Notes: generated by a model not told the origin, from the sequence alone. DNA of 59,330 nucleotides from an uncultured bacterium (GCA_903918675.1 CAIXFE010000093.1:1-59330); one strand, 5' to 3'. Shown: positions 33,179 to 47,713, counted from the first letter of the stretch. Numbers and translations are program-made.

Positions 33179-33712
33179 ATGAATTTAGAAAAACTTTTCT
33201 GAAGCAAAACCAAGGTAGATATCCTCAAATACCTCCTGTTTAGGAGGCAGGGCATCTCTATGAGAGCACTAGAAAGTGAGTTATCACGGACTTTCCCTGC
33301 GATCAAAAAACAAGTCGATTCTCTCCTAGAAGCCCAGGTCATCGATGTAAATAAAGAAGGACAGGGGCGATCTATCACTATCAAAACTGAATTTCACGAC
33401 AACATCAAAAATATTTTCTTCTATGGCCTCAGAAGTGAACTAATATCACTCTTTGATACCTATGAGGTGATGATAGATAAGTATTTTTTCGGCAAAAGAT
33501 TTGGTACCGATATTGAATCAGATCTTGTGATTATTTATAAGAACTGCGAGAAACCCCAGATAGATAGCATCAAAGAGAATATTAACAATATTTTCAGAGG
33601 CTATTTTATCGAGACGGTCTCCGTCGTTTTCATGTCATTAGAGGAGCGGCAAAAACGTTACAGACTGGCAGATAGATTTGTCTTGCAGATCATGAGACAC
33701 ATTAAGGAATAA
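33179..33712 (+). CDS. winged-helix (ArsR/MarR-like) domain protein with C-terminal unknown domain
   Basis: LFGSKTKVDILKYLLFRRQGISMRALESELSRTFPAIKKQVDSLLEAQVI. Confidence 0.45.
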
Positions 33713-33873
33713 TTTACGAATGCTCGAATATCCAAATTACCGAAACAATTTTAAAATTCTAAAATTTAAAAAATCTAAAATTGTTTTATAAATTTGGAAA
33801 GTATTCAAAAAATATTTGTACATTCGATGACTTGATGGACTTTACGGACTTTACGACTTGATAGACTAATTCT

Positions 33874-34584
33874 ATGAATCCAGAAATACTTCTAGAACAG
33901 ATCATCGGCTATTGCATCGGTGCAAACGAGATTGTCCCAGATATCCATAAAAAGATAGATCAGGACTATCATTTTGCAGTATTGCCCTATGGGCCACATT
34001 TTTATACTGGGATCTTGCAATCGTCAGGATATCTCTTATTGCCGGAGAAAAAGAATGTGCTTTTTGTCATCTCGCAAGACCAGCAAGAAGATGAAATTTT
34101 CCAGATCACGGGGACCTTTGGTCCTGTATTAGGAAAAGTGTGGACACTTTCTACAGACAAACAACGAGACACAAACTACCAACCCCAGATACATGATCTA
34201 GAAGCTATCGTCCAGCACCTTGCTTTCCTAGATGTAATTACTCAAGCTACATGCGTTAGCTGCATCGCAGTAGGGGAGAAGCTTTCTGTAGTAAATAAAA
34301 AAAAGCTGAATACTTATCTCAAGGCACAGCAGAAATCTACGAATATCGTGTTTTTGACGAATCTCTCCATCCATCACGGGAACAAGAAAGGAAGAAAAAA
34401 CGATGAGGCCCTGCTCCAAGACATCCTCCTAGGAGCAGACAAACAAAGCCCCAGCCTGCTTAAACTTTTTCAGTCCATAAGCACCCAAAGTAAGAGAGAG
34501 GCAGAGGTCATTGCCTATGCTAATTCTTGAGACTTCTGAGGAGATAAGCAGAAGAGCACAGGGTATGCCTGCATTCTAGCATAA
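33874..34584 (+). CDS. MEMO1 / AmmeMemoRadiSam-B-like protein (tentative)
   Basis: AVLPYGPHFYTG and a C-terminal NS[TGA]DF..STGYACILA pattern. Weak by-eye match. Confidence 0.35.
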
Positions 34585-34716
34585 TTTCAACACGGGCCCA
34601 ATGTCCCACAAAAGATCGTAAATCATAGTGAATTATATGCAGATTCTCTTGAAAACACGCTTGTTTTTAGTACAAGTACCTTGCCTAAATTTTTTTATTA
34701 TTGGAAAAATGAAAAA

Positions 34717-34899
34717 ATGATGAAATTTATCTATGACAGTTTAGAGACTGTCAAAAAATTGAAACATCCTACCAAGAAGGATTTTATCAATCTCACACTA
34801 GCTATATTCGCACTTGTGATCGTCGCTGGATTATATTTTATCGCAGCAGATACCGTATTTTCATGATTATACAAATGGTTTTTTAGTGTGATGAAATAG
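34717..34899 (+). CDS. secE: preprotein translocase subunit SecE
   Basis: ETVKKLKHPTKKDFINLTLAIFALVIVAGLYFIAAD. Lies immediately upstream of nusG. Confidence 0.75.
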
Positions 34900-35001
34900 A
34901 GGAAATGGTAATCGGTAATCGGGAATTCTACTTCCGAATAACCAATAACGAATAAACATATTTTACAATCTTCCAAATCTTTTAATATTTTAATCCACTC
35001 C

Positions 35002-35586
35002 ATGCAAACAAAAGATGCCAATACTTGAGAGATCAAAAGGCAGATAGAAGATAACAATTATAAATGGTATGTACTCAGTGTCGTTTCCTGACAAGAGGAA
35101 TTGGTAATAGAGAATCTGAGAGAGAGGATGAAAAAACAAAACTTGGAGGATGCTGTACAAGATTATATGTCTCCCATGGTCAATGAATCATCATTGAAGA
35201 AAGGAGAAAAGGTCATCAAACAAAGAAAACTATATCCATGATATGTATTTATCTGCTCCAAGATGAACGACAAAATCCGATATGTAGTCAGAAACACCCC
35301 AGGAGTCAGACTTATTGTAGGTGCAGAGACCCGTCCTATTCCACTGACGGATGACGAATATACCAAGATCATCGAACAGATAAAAAAGTCACAAGAGAGA
35401 TCTGAGCTAAAGATCCCATTTAAAGAAGGCGATCTTGTCCTCCTCAAGACAGGTGACTTTAAGGGAATGAAATGAGCAGTAAGAGCGATAGACTCAGATA
35501 AAAGTACCGTCATCGTAAATATAGAAATGCTAGGAAGATTGACTCCTGTAGTGATCGACCTAGACAAAATCGAGCTAATGAGCTAA
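35002..35586 (+). CDS. nusG: transcription termination/antitermination factor NusG
   Basis: KWYVLSVVSGQE, YPGYVF, YVVRNTPGV, KOW motif FKEGDLVLLKTGDFKGMKG. Confidence 0.9.
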
Positions 35587-35768
35587 TTCTCATATAGGTA
35601 ATAGGCAAATGTAGGAGATCGAATTAATGTATAATTGATAATTAATAATTGATAATGATGGTGTCTTTTAATATCAAAAAAAACTCCGACATTATACATT
35701 CTACATTATAAATTATTCATTCCATTCATCTCGCTTCTCTACACTTTTTAGCCGCTTAATAATGGTAT

Positions 35769-36491
35769 ATGTATACCGCCAAAGAAAAAAAAATAATAAA
35801 ATTATGTATGATCGTATTAGCACTTTCTATAGTGATGGTGTATATTCTGCTCTTCCAAGTAAAGGGAAAGACCTTACAAAGAAGTCAGACAGACACCAAT
35901 TCATGAGCAGATATTGCTATCAGTATCCAAAGCGGAGACCAAGAGCAAACCCTAACCCCAATCTATCAAGGGGTACAAGGGACTATCGAGTCAGACACAG
36001 GACTGACAACTGATAATACTCAGATCACGACGGGACTCACAGTTCTGCCTACGTCCACAGGACTATCAACATCATCGACACCAGCTACTACAATATCAAC
36101 TGCCATACCACAGACAGGAAGTATCCAAATACTCTCTGGGACAAATGTATTTTATGGGACGATAGATATCATAGAGAAATTGGGCATCAAATATCAATAT
36201 GCACTTATCGATACTTGAAATACCTACTTCATCTATTTAGGAAATCCCAGTTACGATTTTGCTACTATTGCGAGACAGCTCAAAGGCAATCTCTATGAGC
36301 TCAAGACCGAGCAAGAGATAGCGCAAAATAAACTCTTTGGAGACAAGATCGTATTTATCAATCTCCCCGAATACAAAGACAAGGAAGTGATTATGCTGAT
36401 CTACCTCAAGGATAAGGTTCGATTGGTACAGATGGAGTACAAAGCATATCATAAATCCAAAGCATATCTTAAATCTTTATTTATTCAATAA
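35769..36491 (+). CDS. membrane-anchored hypothetical protein
   Basis: N-terminal TM segment IIKLCMIVLALSIVMVYILLF and a Thr/Ser-rich linker. 240 aa, frame verified. Inserted between nusG and rplK. Confidence 0.5.
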
Positions 36492-36497
36492 ACGACA

Positions 36498-36941
36498 ATG
36501 GCAGGAAAAATTACTAACATTCTTAATCTAGAAATACCCGCTGGGAAAGCTCAGCCATCTCCACCGCTAGGACCTATGCTAGGAGCCAATGGAGTCAACA
36601 TCTGACAATTCATCAAAGAATTCAATGAGAAGACCATGGACCATATGAAACAATTTGCTGGTGTAGATGTGAAAGTAAAAGCGACATTGACCATCTACGC
36701 AGATAGATCTTTTGACCTCAAGATCGGAAGCCCCGTAACATCAAATCTGATTCTATGGAAACTCAAATTACCTAAATGATCTGGAGAACCCAACAAAACC
36801 AAGATAGGGAAACTCACCAGAAAAGATCTAGAAGAAATTGCTGAACTCAAAAAAGGAGATATGAATACTGACGACCTCGAAGCGATGATCAAAGCGATTG
36901 CAGGTACTGCAAAAAATATGGGAGTAGATATCGAAAAGTAA
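36498..36941 (+). CDS. rplK: 50S ribosomal protein L11
   Basis: [23 protein letters not shown][TGA]QF. Confidence 0.95.
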
Positions 36942-36942
36942 T

Positions 36943-37010
36943 TGAAACGTTGAGATATTGAGACATTGAGAGATTACAATTCTCAATCCTCAATCTCTCA
37001 ATCCTCAATA
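36943..37010. repeat. word-array palindromic element (TTGAGA / TCTCAA) between rplK and rplA
   Basis: TTGAAACGTTGAGATATTGAGACATTGAGAGA - TTACAA - TTCTCAATCCTCAATCTCTCAATCCTCAATA. Confidence 0.8.
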
Positions 37011-37070
37011 TTCCATTATGTGGGAGCTCAAAAGCGCTATTACCACTTTTATTTATTTATCACACTCGGA

Positions 37071-37751
37071 ATGCCAAATCACGGAAAAAAGTATGATGAA
37101 GCCAAAAAGCTCATCGACGCCAACAAAGCCTACACTATTGCAGAAGCTGTAGAGCTCATCAAGAAAGTAAATTACGCTAAGTTTGATGGGACAGTAGAGA
37201 TCGCCATCAAGACTAATGCTGATCCCAAGTACAATGATCAGATGATCAGAGCAACTACCATCTTACCCCATGGGACAGGAAAGAGTCCTAGAATCGCAGT
37301 CTACATATCTGAGGATAAGGCTGCTGAGACCAAAGCAGCAGGAGCAGATATTGTCGGGACTGAAATATTGCTCAATGATATCAAGGCAGGAAAATTTAAT
37401 TTTGATGTTTTGATTACTACGCCAGACCACATCAGAGATCTCGCTTCTGTAGCCAAACAACTCGGACCTAAGGGACTGATGCCATCACCAAAATCAGGGA
37501 CTGTCACTGCCAACGTGATACAGACCGTTGAAGAATTTAAAAAAGGAAAGATGGAATTTAAATTGGATAAGACAGGGAACGTTCATGGCATCATAGGTAA
37601 AGTATCTTTTGATGCGAAAGCATTGGAAGAAAATATCGCAGCTTTCCTCAAGGCATTGGAAGATAATAAACCAGCTTGAGTCAAAGCTAAACTTGTAAGG
37701 AAAGTTGTTGTTGCTCCTACGATGTGACCTGGAATACAGATAGCATATTAG
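37071..37751 (+). CDS. rplA: 50S ribosomal protein L1
   Basis: FDGTVEIAIKTN, LPHGTGKSPRIAV, GPKGLMPSPKSGTVT. Confidence 0.95.
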
Positions 37752-37903
37752 CCTCTAGTTTCTAGTTGCTAGATCTTAGAATCTAGAACCTAGTATCTAG
37801 ACTCCAGAATCTAGTTAAATAGAAAAAGCAGACTTTCCATCACGGATTGCCTGTTTTTTTTATATTCTGACTTTTGATTTTTAAAGTTTGCAACCCTTTC
37901 ACC

Positions 37904-38851
37904 TTATTCGATTGGCATCTTTTTATGTAGTGCATGAGTAAACGAATAAGCAATCCAAAGACTCAATCCCCCTACCACGACGATCTGACCGATGAAGGCG
38001 ATCAAGAGGACTCCGACATTAGTAAAGAGATCCAATATCGTGATAGAGAAAAGTGCATTCAGATAAATATCTAAAGTAATCCCACCCAATACCAGTAAGC
38101 AGAAACAGATAACAAAGGCCAAGATAATGATATCTAAGGTCACAAGCATAAAAGACTTCGTGACATCAGCATGATTTGCTCATAACAATTTCTTTACTTC
38201 GAATTCTTTATGCAAAGCAGCAAAGATCCCTTTGAGTAAGAATCCAATAAATGCGAGTACAACAATCAAAATCAAAGCGATAATACAATAGGAAACTCAG
38301 ACAATAAAATTACTCAGATTGATGATCGTGAGTGTCCTATTTTCTTGTTGTTTGATCGTCGTTCCACTATCTACATCTTGGGTATTGAGGATAATATCTT
38401 TGTGTTGAAGGATCACAGATTTGAGTGCAGCATATTGAGCATCATTACCAAACATGACATATAAGGTTGCAGGTAGGGGATTGTCGATGCCAAACTTTTG
38501 AAAGTTATTCACCACATCAGGTACTTTGCTTTGCAAAAATGCTAATGCATCATCTTTGGATGAATACATAACCTTGAGTCCCTGCGTAGTTAATTCATCC
38601 TTCATCAGGATAACATCTTTATAGGTCTGATCTTCCTGTCCTGGAGTATCTTTGATATAGAAATAGATACCCAATTTATCTTTGAGCTGAGTAGAAAAAT
38701 GATTCGCATATAGAGACGCACCCAAAAAGATATTTAACAAAAACAGCAAAAATCAGATCAAAACACTGATCCCTATGAGCTTCCCTCGGAAGTGTTTGAG
38801 TATCGACTGAAGATCTTCTTTCACGAATTTAGAGGTATGAAATCCCAACAT
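37904..38851 (-). CDS. ftsX: cell division permease FtsX-like
   Basis: N-terminal TM segment, an extracytoplasmic domain (YSSKDDALAFLQ...NPLPATLYV) and three C-terminal TM segments. Three same-frame pieces. Confidence 0.75.
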
Positions 38852-38872
38852 AGTACTGATAAAGAGATAAAA

Positions 38873-39505
38873 TTATTCTTCTTTTACTTTTTTAAAGACA
38901 TTTTGGATAGTAATAAACTTCTCAAATAATCCTATTTTGTGATCATAGAAATCGATCTGCTTATCTATGGTCTGCAATTTATCATGATGCTTGTAAAAAT
39001 ATTTGATCATGTCTTTCGCTTTCCTATAATTATGTTCTAGGATATAAATCTCAATCAAATTATAGATGATCTCAGCCTCCTTATTATTCATAGCAAAAGC
39101 ATCTCTGATCAATCCTAGTCATTTTTCTCTATTCCCATATCGATATTCACACAGCCCATAACATCTCAAGATCTCATGATTCTCTGCTTTGGTCAATTCC
39201 AAAGCTTTCTGCAAATATTTCTTAGCTTCCAATCGATGATTCTTTTCCATCTCAAGAACTCCTTTGATATACAGTCCGAGAGGATCATTATTATTCTTCT
39301 TATTATTGAGAAAATCAATGGCTTTCGCGGCTTTACCTATCTCTCATTTTCTGTACTGGATATCAGTAATTTGCAAAAGAGCATCTTCATTACTTGGATC
39401 TCTGAAAAGAATAGAGTTGACCTTCTTGATCGCTTCATCAAATTTACCAAGTTCCTTGAGTTGCTCTATTTCATCTATTAACGATTCGGGGATATACGCC
39501 TGCAT
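38873..39505 (-). CDS. TPR repeat protein
   Basis: Two same-frame pieces. LGKFDEAIKKVNSIL, HRLEAKKYLQKALEL. An alternative TTG start at 39589 would add a hydrophobic N-terminus. Confidence 0.5.
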
Positions 39506-39663
39506 AAGGAGGAATAAGAGAATAAAATATCGATGAAAGAATAGCTGTATTGATATCTCAATTATACTCAAAAAAAGTATAAAACCCAAATTTCTCAGCG
39601 ATTTAGGCTCATTTAAGGGTTTACATTTACATGAATCGATATATAAACCTAGGAAAGTGGCGA

Positions 39664-39775
39664 ATTGTTATTGGTAATTGGTAATTAGTAATTGGTTATT
39701 GGGCCGGAAGCCTTCTCCCAATACACCAGCCCCCAATATACCTGCCTACCGGCAGGCAGGCCAATACACAAATAT
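39664..39775. repeat. word-array palindromic element (GTAATTG / CCAATAC) with CCTGCC..GGCAGG core
   Basis: ATTGTTATTGGTAATTGGTAATTAGTAATTGGTTATTGG - GCCGGAAGCC - ..CCAATACACC..CCAATATA - CCTGCCTACCGGCAGGCAGG (39741..39760) - CCAATACAC. Confidence 0.8.
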
Positions 39776-39783
39776 ACTAATCC

Positions 39784-40920
39784 CTAATTTCCATTCTCTC
39801 CCAAGACTACAGGAACTTTTTGCATAGATCCATTTCTCAATACCGTGAATGCAACCGTGCTCCCTGGTAAATAAGTATAGATATGATAAAGAAAAGGTAA
39901 TTGCGCAGTAATGGGTTTATCATTGATAGCTAAGATAATATCTCCTGGTTGTAAGCCTGCTTCCGCTGCAGGAAGTCCGGACAAGACATCAGCGATCACC
40001 ACGCCATTTAGATCAGGTAAATTTCTTTCTTTCTGTACAGCCGGGGTAACATCTGTATATTGAAGCCCCAAAAGCGGTCTGACAATTTTCCCATATTTCG
40101 CGAGAGAAGCTAGAGTAGTAGCGACAAATTCCTGGCTTACAGGAAGAGCAAATCCCACGCCCTGACCACTCACGATAGCAGTATTGACGCCCAACACCTG
40201 TCCTTGGAGATTGAGCAGAGGTCATCCACTATATCCAGGAGTAAGTAATGCATCAGTTTGATACAATCAGATATAGGTGTTTGTCTGATTGATCGTAAGT
40301 TTTTTACTTTGAGAAGAAAGGATCCCGAAGCTTACACTATTTGGATATTGATTGTATGAATTGCCTATCGCGAGGACAAATTGCCCTATCACAGCAGATT
40401 GATCGAAGGGAAGAAATTGAGCCACAGGTAAATTATCCACAGGAGCTCATTCGGCGCCAACGATCTTCAGCACTGCTAAATCTAGGGCATCATCAAATCG
40501 GATATTCGCTACATTATAAATAGTCCCATCATATAAAGTCACAGAATATTTAGCTCAAGTATCTTGGATCACATGTTTATTGGTGAGGACATAGCCATCT
40601 TTACTGATCAAGATCCCACTAGCTCCACCCAACTGTGCCGTCTGTACCGCACCAGGACTGGTAACTTGAGAGGGGTCTTGGACATATGTTTTGAGATCTT
40701 TCGTGATAGAGATACTGACTACAGATGTTGAGGCTCCAGAAAGAGCAGACCAAATCTGGCTTTGAAGATCGGAGATCGAAGTCGTAATCACGGGTTGTTG
40801 TTTGACGACGCTTGGCTGTGTCCTTCTCGTAAAGAAAATTACACTCACGATCAGGCATCCGAAGAAGGTAATGATGACACTGATCAAAATACTGGTACCA
40901 ATAAGTTTTTTGTTTTCCAT
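39784..40920 (-). CDS. htrA: HtrA/DegP family serine protease with PDZ domain
   Basis: N-terminal TM segment, TNKHVI (His), DLAVLKI (Asp), TPGYSG[TGA]PL (Ser). PDZ motif LQPGDIILAIND. Confidence 0.9.
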
Positions 40921-41109
40921 AAGAAAAATTGGATGAAAAAGTTAAAGATGATGGATATATAGTCAAAGTGGGAAGTAATTCAATTAGAAAAAATGCCGAA
41001 TTCCGGGATTGAATACTTGCCTTCAATGATGATGAGATAATCGATTTTTTTCCTTATTAGCAATGAAACCCCTATGATACGTAGGGGTTCCAATAGCATT
41101 CAAATGACT

Positions 41110-41634
41110 TTACCTGGCAGTCAAAATAATCTGCTCAAGTTTTTTCGTCGTTGGATTAAAATTCATCCACACGGTTGTCAAATTTGTAGTGTCTCCATAA
41201 ATGTTAGTATAAAAACCAATGAGAGACATGTGAGGATACGCAGTCTGAACCTTAGGAAGAGAGTCTCCCATAACAATCCCTTTCTCAGTGGAACCAGTCC
41301 AACCCAGATCAATTTCAAATTGGTACAATTGGTTATTCTCCCATCTGAGAAGAATAGATTCATTCGAATTCTTCACTGCATAGGTATTACCAACACCTCC
41401 ATTTTCCGTCCCATTGATTGTCCATTGGCAGGATGAAATTAGAGATACTCCATCTACACTTAATCCGTCGTTACCCTCGTGCTTAAGGCGCCATTCCCCT
41501 AGGATAGCGGCAGGTATAGACAGATTGCTGCTTACTTCAGGACAAGCTTTTAGTACTGGCCCATCCTTTTTTTCTTTTTTGCACGCCATGAGAAGCATGA
41601 CTAAAAGAATTGCGAAAATAAAATTTTTTTTCAT
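41110..41634 (-). CDS. lipoprotein, function unknown
   Basis: Signal peptide with lipobox MKKNFIFAILLVMLLMAC. Intact ORF with TAA stop. Confidence 0.6.
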   Translation of the reverse strand: MKKNFIFAILLVMLLMACKKEKKDGPVLKACPEVSSNLSIPAAILGEWRLKHEGNDGLSVDGVSLISSCQWTINGTENGGVGNTYAVKNSNESILLRWENNQLYQFEIDLGWTGSTEKGIVMGDSLPKVQTAYPHMSLIGFYTNIYGDTTNLTTVWMNFNPTTKKLEQIILTAR

Positions 41635-41855
41635 CGGAATGATTTTTTGGTTTATGTCTTTATATATTCTTTTAAGGTAGAAATTCAAGTAATAGTAGTT
41701 TTCATAAAGAATCTAGAGAATAATAGTATCCAAGTATTCGAGAATTACTTTCTTCAAGCATCAAAAAAAATGGAAGAAATATCAATTTCCCTCCATTCTC
41801 TCGATATTTTGAATACTTAAGCCCAGTCAATCGACTAAAGACCAAAGACTAAGAA

Positions 41856-43259
<1,404 letters not shown>

Positions 43260-43330
43260 TACTATATATTACAAAGTAAATGTACTTTTCCTAATCTAAG
43301 GTCTAAGCCCCAAGCTCTAAGTTCTAAATG

Positions 43331-44230
43331 CTAATTCTGCTCGATAGCGATTTTCGCACTCACAATCTCAGATATCTCATTGGTAATCTTAGACTGACGC
43401 GTTTTGTTATACAAAAGTTGCAAGGAGCCGATAATGTCTCCACAATTATCTTTGGCATTTTTCATCGCAAGCATACGCGCAGCATGTTCTCCTGTCTTAT
43501 TATGTAATGCAGCATGGTACACAATCATCTCCAACAATTCCTGGATAAGATTTTTTTTGAAGCGCTCAAGATCCGGCTCTATGACTAGATCAGCGCCTTG
43601 TTTGAATGAAAGGGTAGTCCCTTCTGGGATATCCAAATCTTTCAAGAATGCTTGGAAACTGTTTTGATCCAAAGGATATAATTTAAATCTCAAAGGGATC
43701 TGCACAACAGTATTCTTGAAAAAGTTGAAATAAATTTTGATCTTAGCATACATCTTTTTCTCGATAGCTTGTCTGATATATGCATCTATCATGAGCAGAT
43801 CACTTTCATCAAATTCATCCTTAAGCGGAAGCGAAGCTACTACATTTCGATGGTCTCTGACGAAGAATTCCAATCATTTTTTACCGATAGCGATGATATC
43901 CACATTATCTTTAGCGTCTTGATATTTTTGACTGATATGCTTAAGTAATTTGGTATTGATACCGCCACACAATCATTTATCTGAAGTTACTACGATGATC
44001 AAGTTTTTCCCTTCTGCATTCCATGATTGCTTATCAAAGTCAAAAATATTGATATGATCTTTCAAAGATTCCAATACGCGCAAAAATTCTAGCATAAAAG
44101 CCTTGAAACTTATCGTCTTGGCCTTCAGCTTCTGAAGCTTTATTGTAGAAACGATCTCCAATGCTTTGATGATCTTCTGGAGATTGCCTACGGATTTAAT
44201 TTTGGATCTGATGAGCTTGGTGTTTGCCAT
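43331..44230 (-). CDS. atpG: F1 ATP synthase subunit gamma
   Basis: IRSKIKSVGNLQKIIKALEIVS, VVTSDK[TGA]LCGG, C-terminal ITNEISEIVSAKIAIE. Confidence 0.9.
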
Positions 44231-44303
44231 ATATTGAACTTGAGTTAAAAGGTTTAGAAAGTTCCAGGTTTGGAAGGTCGGTTTAAGGTTACAAGGTTGA
44301 TGG

Positions 44304-44786
44304 TTAGTCTGCACTTGGTACTCAACCTTGTCTCCTATGTTTGATTTTTTGTAACTTGATATCTGCCGTAATTTTCTGCAATGAGAAATACGCTTTCTCT
44401 ATCTCATTTACATCTCATTTCAGTTTGATCTGTTCGATCTCTTTTTCCTGATCCTGTTTCATCTTATCCAGCAATACAGTATCTGTGCTTACATCAGTAG
44501 TCCCTACGTTGACGAGAAGCTCTACACTGTCTCCATCCAGATAGATCAATCCTTTCCCTACAGACAAAGTAATCATATCATCTTCAAACAAAAAGTTTGT
44601 TCAATCTAGAAACGATGCTGCAGGTTTCTCTTTGGGCAAAAATCTTACAAGCCCAGGGACAACGATGCTCGTCAATGGAATATGATGAGGCAAGATGCCG
44701 ATCTCTCAAGCAGCAGTAGGCACCTGTACTTTGAGTACTTCGCCCTGGTAGATGACTGAGCTGGGAGAAATGATTTTCAATAGCAT
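44304..44786 (-). CDS. atpC: F1 ATP synthase subunit epsilon
   Basis: MLLKIISPSSVIYQGEVLKVQVPTAA[TGA]EIGILPHHIPLTS. Frame verified. Located between atpA and atpG. Confidence 0.75.
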
Positions 44787-44815
44787 CAACTAAAAGATGA
44801 AAGATTAAAGAATAT

Positions 44816-44920
44816 AGATTCTTAATTTTTAATTTTTAATTTTCAATTTTTAATTTTTAATTTTCAAAGAATTTCTAAGGCCTAAGCTCTAAGGTCTAAG
44901 TCCTAACTCTAAATTCTAAA
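44816..44920. repeat. word arrays (TTTTAAT/TTTTCAA then CTAAGNT) between atpA and atpC
   Basis: TTAATTTTTAATTTTTAATTTTCAATTTTTAATTTTTAATTTTCAAAG followed by CTAAGGCCTAAGCTCTAAGGTCTAAGTCCTAACTCTAAATTCTAAAGG. Confidence 0.75.
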
Positions 44921-46421
44921 GGCTAATTTCCTCATATGCTTCCTGGATAAGTGTCTTCATTTTGGTCTCTATATCTTCAGTAAGTGCTTGTTCCTTCAGG
45001 ATAAGATCTGATAATGCTTTGTGGGTCGTATCCATTTTCTGGTACAATAATTTCTCGAATGGCAAAACTTTGTCGATAGCCAATTCATCGATATATCAGT
45101 TGATACCAGCGTAAATCAATACTGCTTGTTTGTAGAAGGGGATAGGATCATTGTTTGCTTGTTTCAACATCTCCACCAATCTCTTTCCTTTTTCTATCTT
45201 CCTTTGTGTAGAAACATCTAATTCTGATGCGAACTGAGCGAAACTTGCTAACTCCCTGAAGGATGCCAATTCAAGTCTCAGCTTTCCAGAGACCTTCTTC
45301 ATGATCTTAGTCTGAGCATTTCCTCATACACGAGAGACAGAAAGTCCTACATCGATAGCAGGCCTATTTCCAGAATTGAAAAGTTCAGTCTCAAGAAATA
45401 TTTGTCCATCCGTGATAGAGATCACATTCGTAGGGATGTATGCTGATACGTCCGAATCAAGAGTCTCGATCAAAGGTAATGCAGTCAGACTTCCTCCTCC
45501 ATAATCTTTATTTAACCTCGCAGCTCTTTCCAATAATTTGGAATGCAGATAGAAGACATCACCAGGATAAGCTTCCCTGCCTGGAGGTCTCCTCAGCAAC
45601 AATGATACTTCTCTATATGCGACTGCATGTTTACTCAGATCATCATAAATGATCAAAGCATCTTTTCCTTGATCCATAAAATATTCTCCCAATGCACATC
45701 CCACATATGGAGAGATGTATTGCAACACTGAAGGAGCATTTGCAGGAGCGGTAATCACGATCGTATATTCTAGCGCACCTTTTTCTCTCAAAAGCTCAAC
45801 TATTCTTCTGACCTTAGATTCTTTCTGACCGATAGCCACATAGATACAATAGACACCTTTTCCTTTCTGGTGCAATATCGTATCGATAGCGATCGTCGTC
45901 TTTCCTGTCTGCCTATTTCCGATAATCAATTCTCTCTGTCATCTGCCGATAGGCACCATACTATCGATAGCCTTGATACCAGTTTCCAAAGGCGTATCTA
46001 CCATATGTCTCGTAATGACTCCAGGAGCGATCTTCTCCACGGGAGCTAATTTCGTAGGTTTAATCTCTCACAATCCATCGATAGGTTCACCGATACCATT
46101 GAGGACTCTGCCTAAATAATTATCGCCAACTCCGACACTGAGGACTCTCCCCATAGCGGTGACTGTATCTCATTGACTGAGGCCACTATAATCTCCCAAG
46201 ATCAAGACACCAACAGTGTCACTGGAGAGATCGAGCACCAATCATTTCGTGCCATTTTCAAATTCGACAATCTCGGAAAACATCGCATCATCCAATCCTA
46301 CGACGATAGCGACTCCATCTTTCAATTCCAAGATTTCTCATTTTTTGGAGAACGAATCATTGAGATCGGACGCTTGAATGTCCTTCTCGATCTTCTCCAA
46401 AATTTCTTTCACGACTTGCAT
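44916..46421 (-). CDS. atpA: F1 ATP synthase subunit alpha
   Basis: [67 protein letters not shown]. Confidence 0.97.
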
Positions 46422-46447
46422 TGGTTGATAGTATAATAGAATAAAAG

Positions 46448-46588
46448 TTGCTTATTGAGGTGACGGCCTCAGATGGCCACAAATAGCCTCAGATGGCTGC
46501 AGGTCGTTAATTTATCTTTTCTTAAAGAAAAATTAAATAAACAATCTGTGGCAACCTGTGACAATATGAAGCAACCTGTGGCAATACC
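46448..46588. repeat. word-array element (CCTCAGATGGCCAC / CTGTGGCAACC)
   Basis: GGCCTCAGATGGCCAC and AGCCTCAGATGGCTGC on the left, CAATCTGTGGCAACCTGTGACAAT..GCAACCTGTGGCAATACC on the right. Shares words with 1..62. Confidence 0.75.
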
Positions 46589-47050
46589 TTAACTTCAAAG
46601 AATTGTATCAAGATCCCTCTCTAAATTCCTATGATAACGATATCCCTCACCTTTGAGATCGACACCGAGAGCGGGCGCATCGACGAAGGTCACATCAGCA
46701 TCTTTGAAGGTTTGATGGATAAAGGTATCCAAAGTCTTCTGCTGAGATACTCCAGCATTGATCGTAAATTCTTTCCTATATTGTGCATATACCTTTTTAC
46801 AAATCTTGACGATATCACTGAGATCTCTTGTATTTGCTTTGCCTAAGGTATGGAGGAATCCATAGAGCTTAGCAATTTCTGGATTTTGTTTGCTGATAAT
46901 TTGTAGATATCCATCTCAAATATCCAACTTATGACCATAAGATTTGACCAATGAGGAAATCACCAAAAGATAGCGAAGGACTTCCTTCTCTTCCAGCGCC
47001 TGCACAAAAAATTTGCGCACTAAATCTTCATTGGAAATAAATCTTTTCAT
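46589..47050 (-). CDS. atpH: F1 ATP synthase subunit delta (OSCP)
   Basis: Position between atpF and atpA. C-terminal VDAPALGVDLKGEGYRYHRNLERDLDTIL resembles the OSCP tail. Start is uncertain (a GTG at 47107 would add a hydrophobic segment). Confidence 0.6.
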
Positions 47051-47111
47051 AATCGAAACAAAAATAAACAAAGAGATGATGGTAACGAATAGTAATTTCG
47101 CCTTCACAGGC

Positions 47112-47190
47112 TGTAATTAATCGTAATTACTAATTACGTGACCCCGACGGGTCGGGGGAACAAATTACCAATTACGTCCGGCTTGCCGGG
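47112..47190. repeat. word-array element (TAATTAC / AATTACC) with CCCGACGGGTCGGG core
   Basis: Core at 47143..47156 plus a second hairpin CCGGCTTGCCGG. The same core occurs at 23027..23040. Confidence 0.75.
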
Positions 47191-47206
47191 ACAAATTACA
47201 TTTTTT

Positions 47207-47701
47207 TTACTTATCTTCTAGATCATCGATCAAGGTCTTGAGATAATCATCTTGCAAATCTTTCTTCTCGTTCAGAAGTTTTTTTACTACTGATTTGGTC
47301 GTAGATTTGACTGCTGATTCCCAGTTGTTTGCAAGTTCTTCTTGGACTCTCTTGGTCTCAGTAGTTGCATGCTGGATAATATCCTCAGCTTTTCTTTTGG
47401 CATCATCCAAAACATCCTGAGACAATTTCTTGTTCAGCAGTTCTCATTCTTTGAGAATAGATTTTTGCTTTTCCAGTGCATCGGCCAAGATGCCATTTTT
47501 TTGAGCTTCGGCATCCTGAATGATGGTATTGTATTCGCCTTCAGCATTCTTGATCCTATCGAGCAGATGCTCTCTCTCTTCCAATCCCTTAGCAACCGTG
47601 TCGCCGAGGAGAAATTTGAAGAGGAGGAAAAAGATAACCAAATTGAGAATCTGGATACCGACATTGAGAAGGACGGTCGAAGCAGAGAGTGATTGTTCCA
47701 T
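47207..47701 (-). CDS. atpF: Fo ATP synthase subunit b
   Basis: One N-terminal TM segment (ILNLVIFFLLFKFLL) and a long charged helix. Two same-frame pieces. Confidence 0.85.
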
Positions 47702-47713
47702 GTGTGAGGAGAA

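Noticed and set aside
41110-41634. Lipoprotein gene with no in-frame TGA as evidence of recent horizontal transfer from a standard-code organism.
   Set aside because: At roughly one TGA per 60-100 codons elsewhere, a 174-codon gene without TGA is not statistically remarkable. Its other codon usage looks native.
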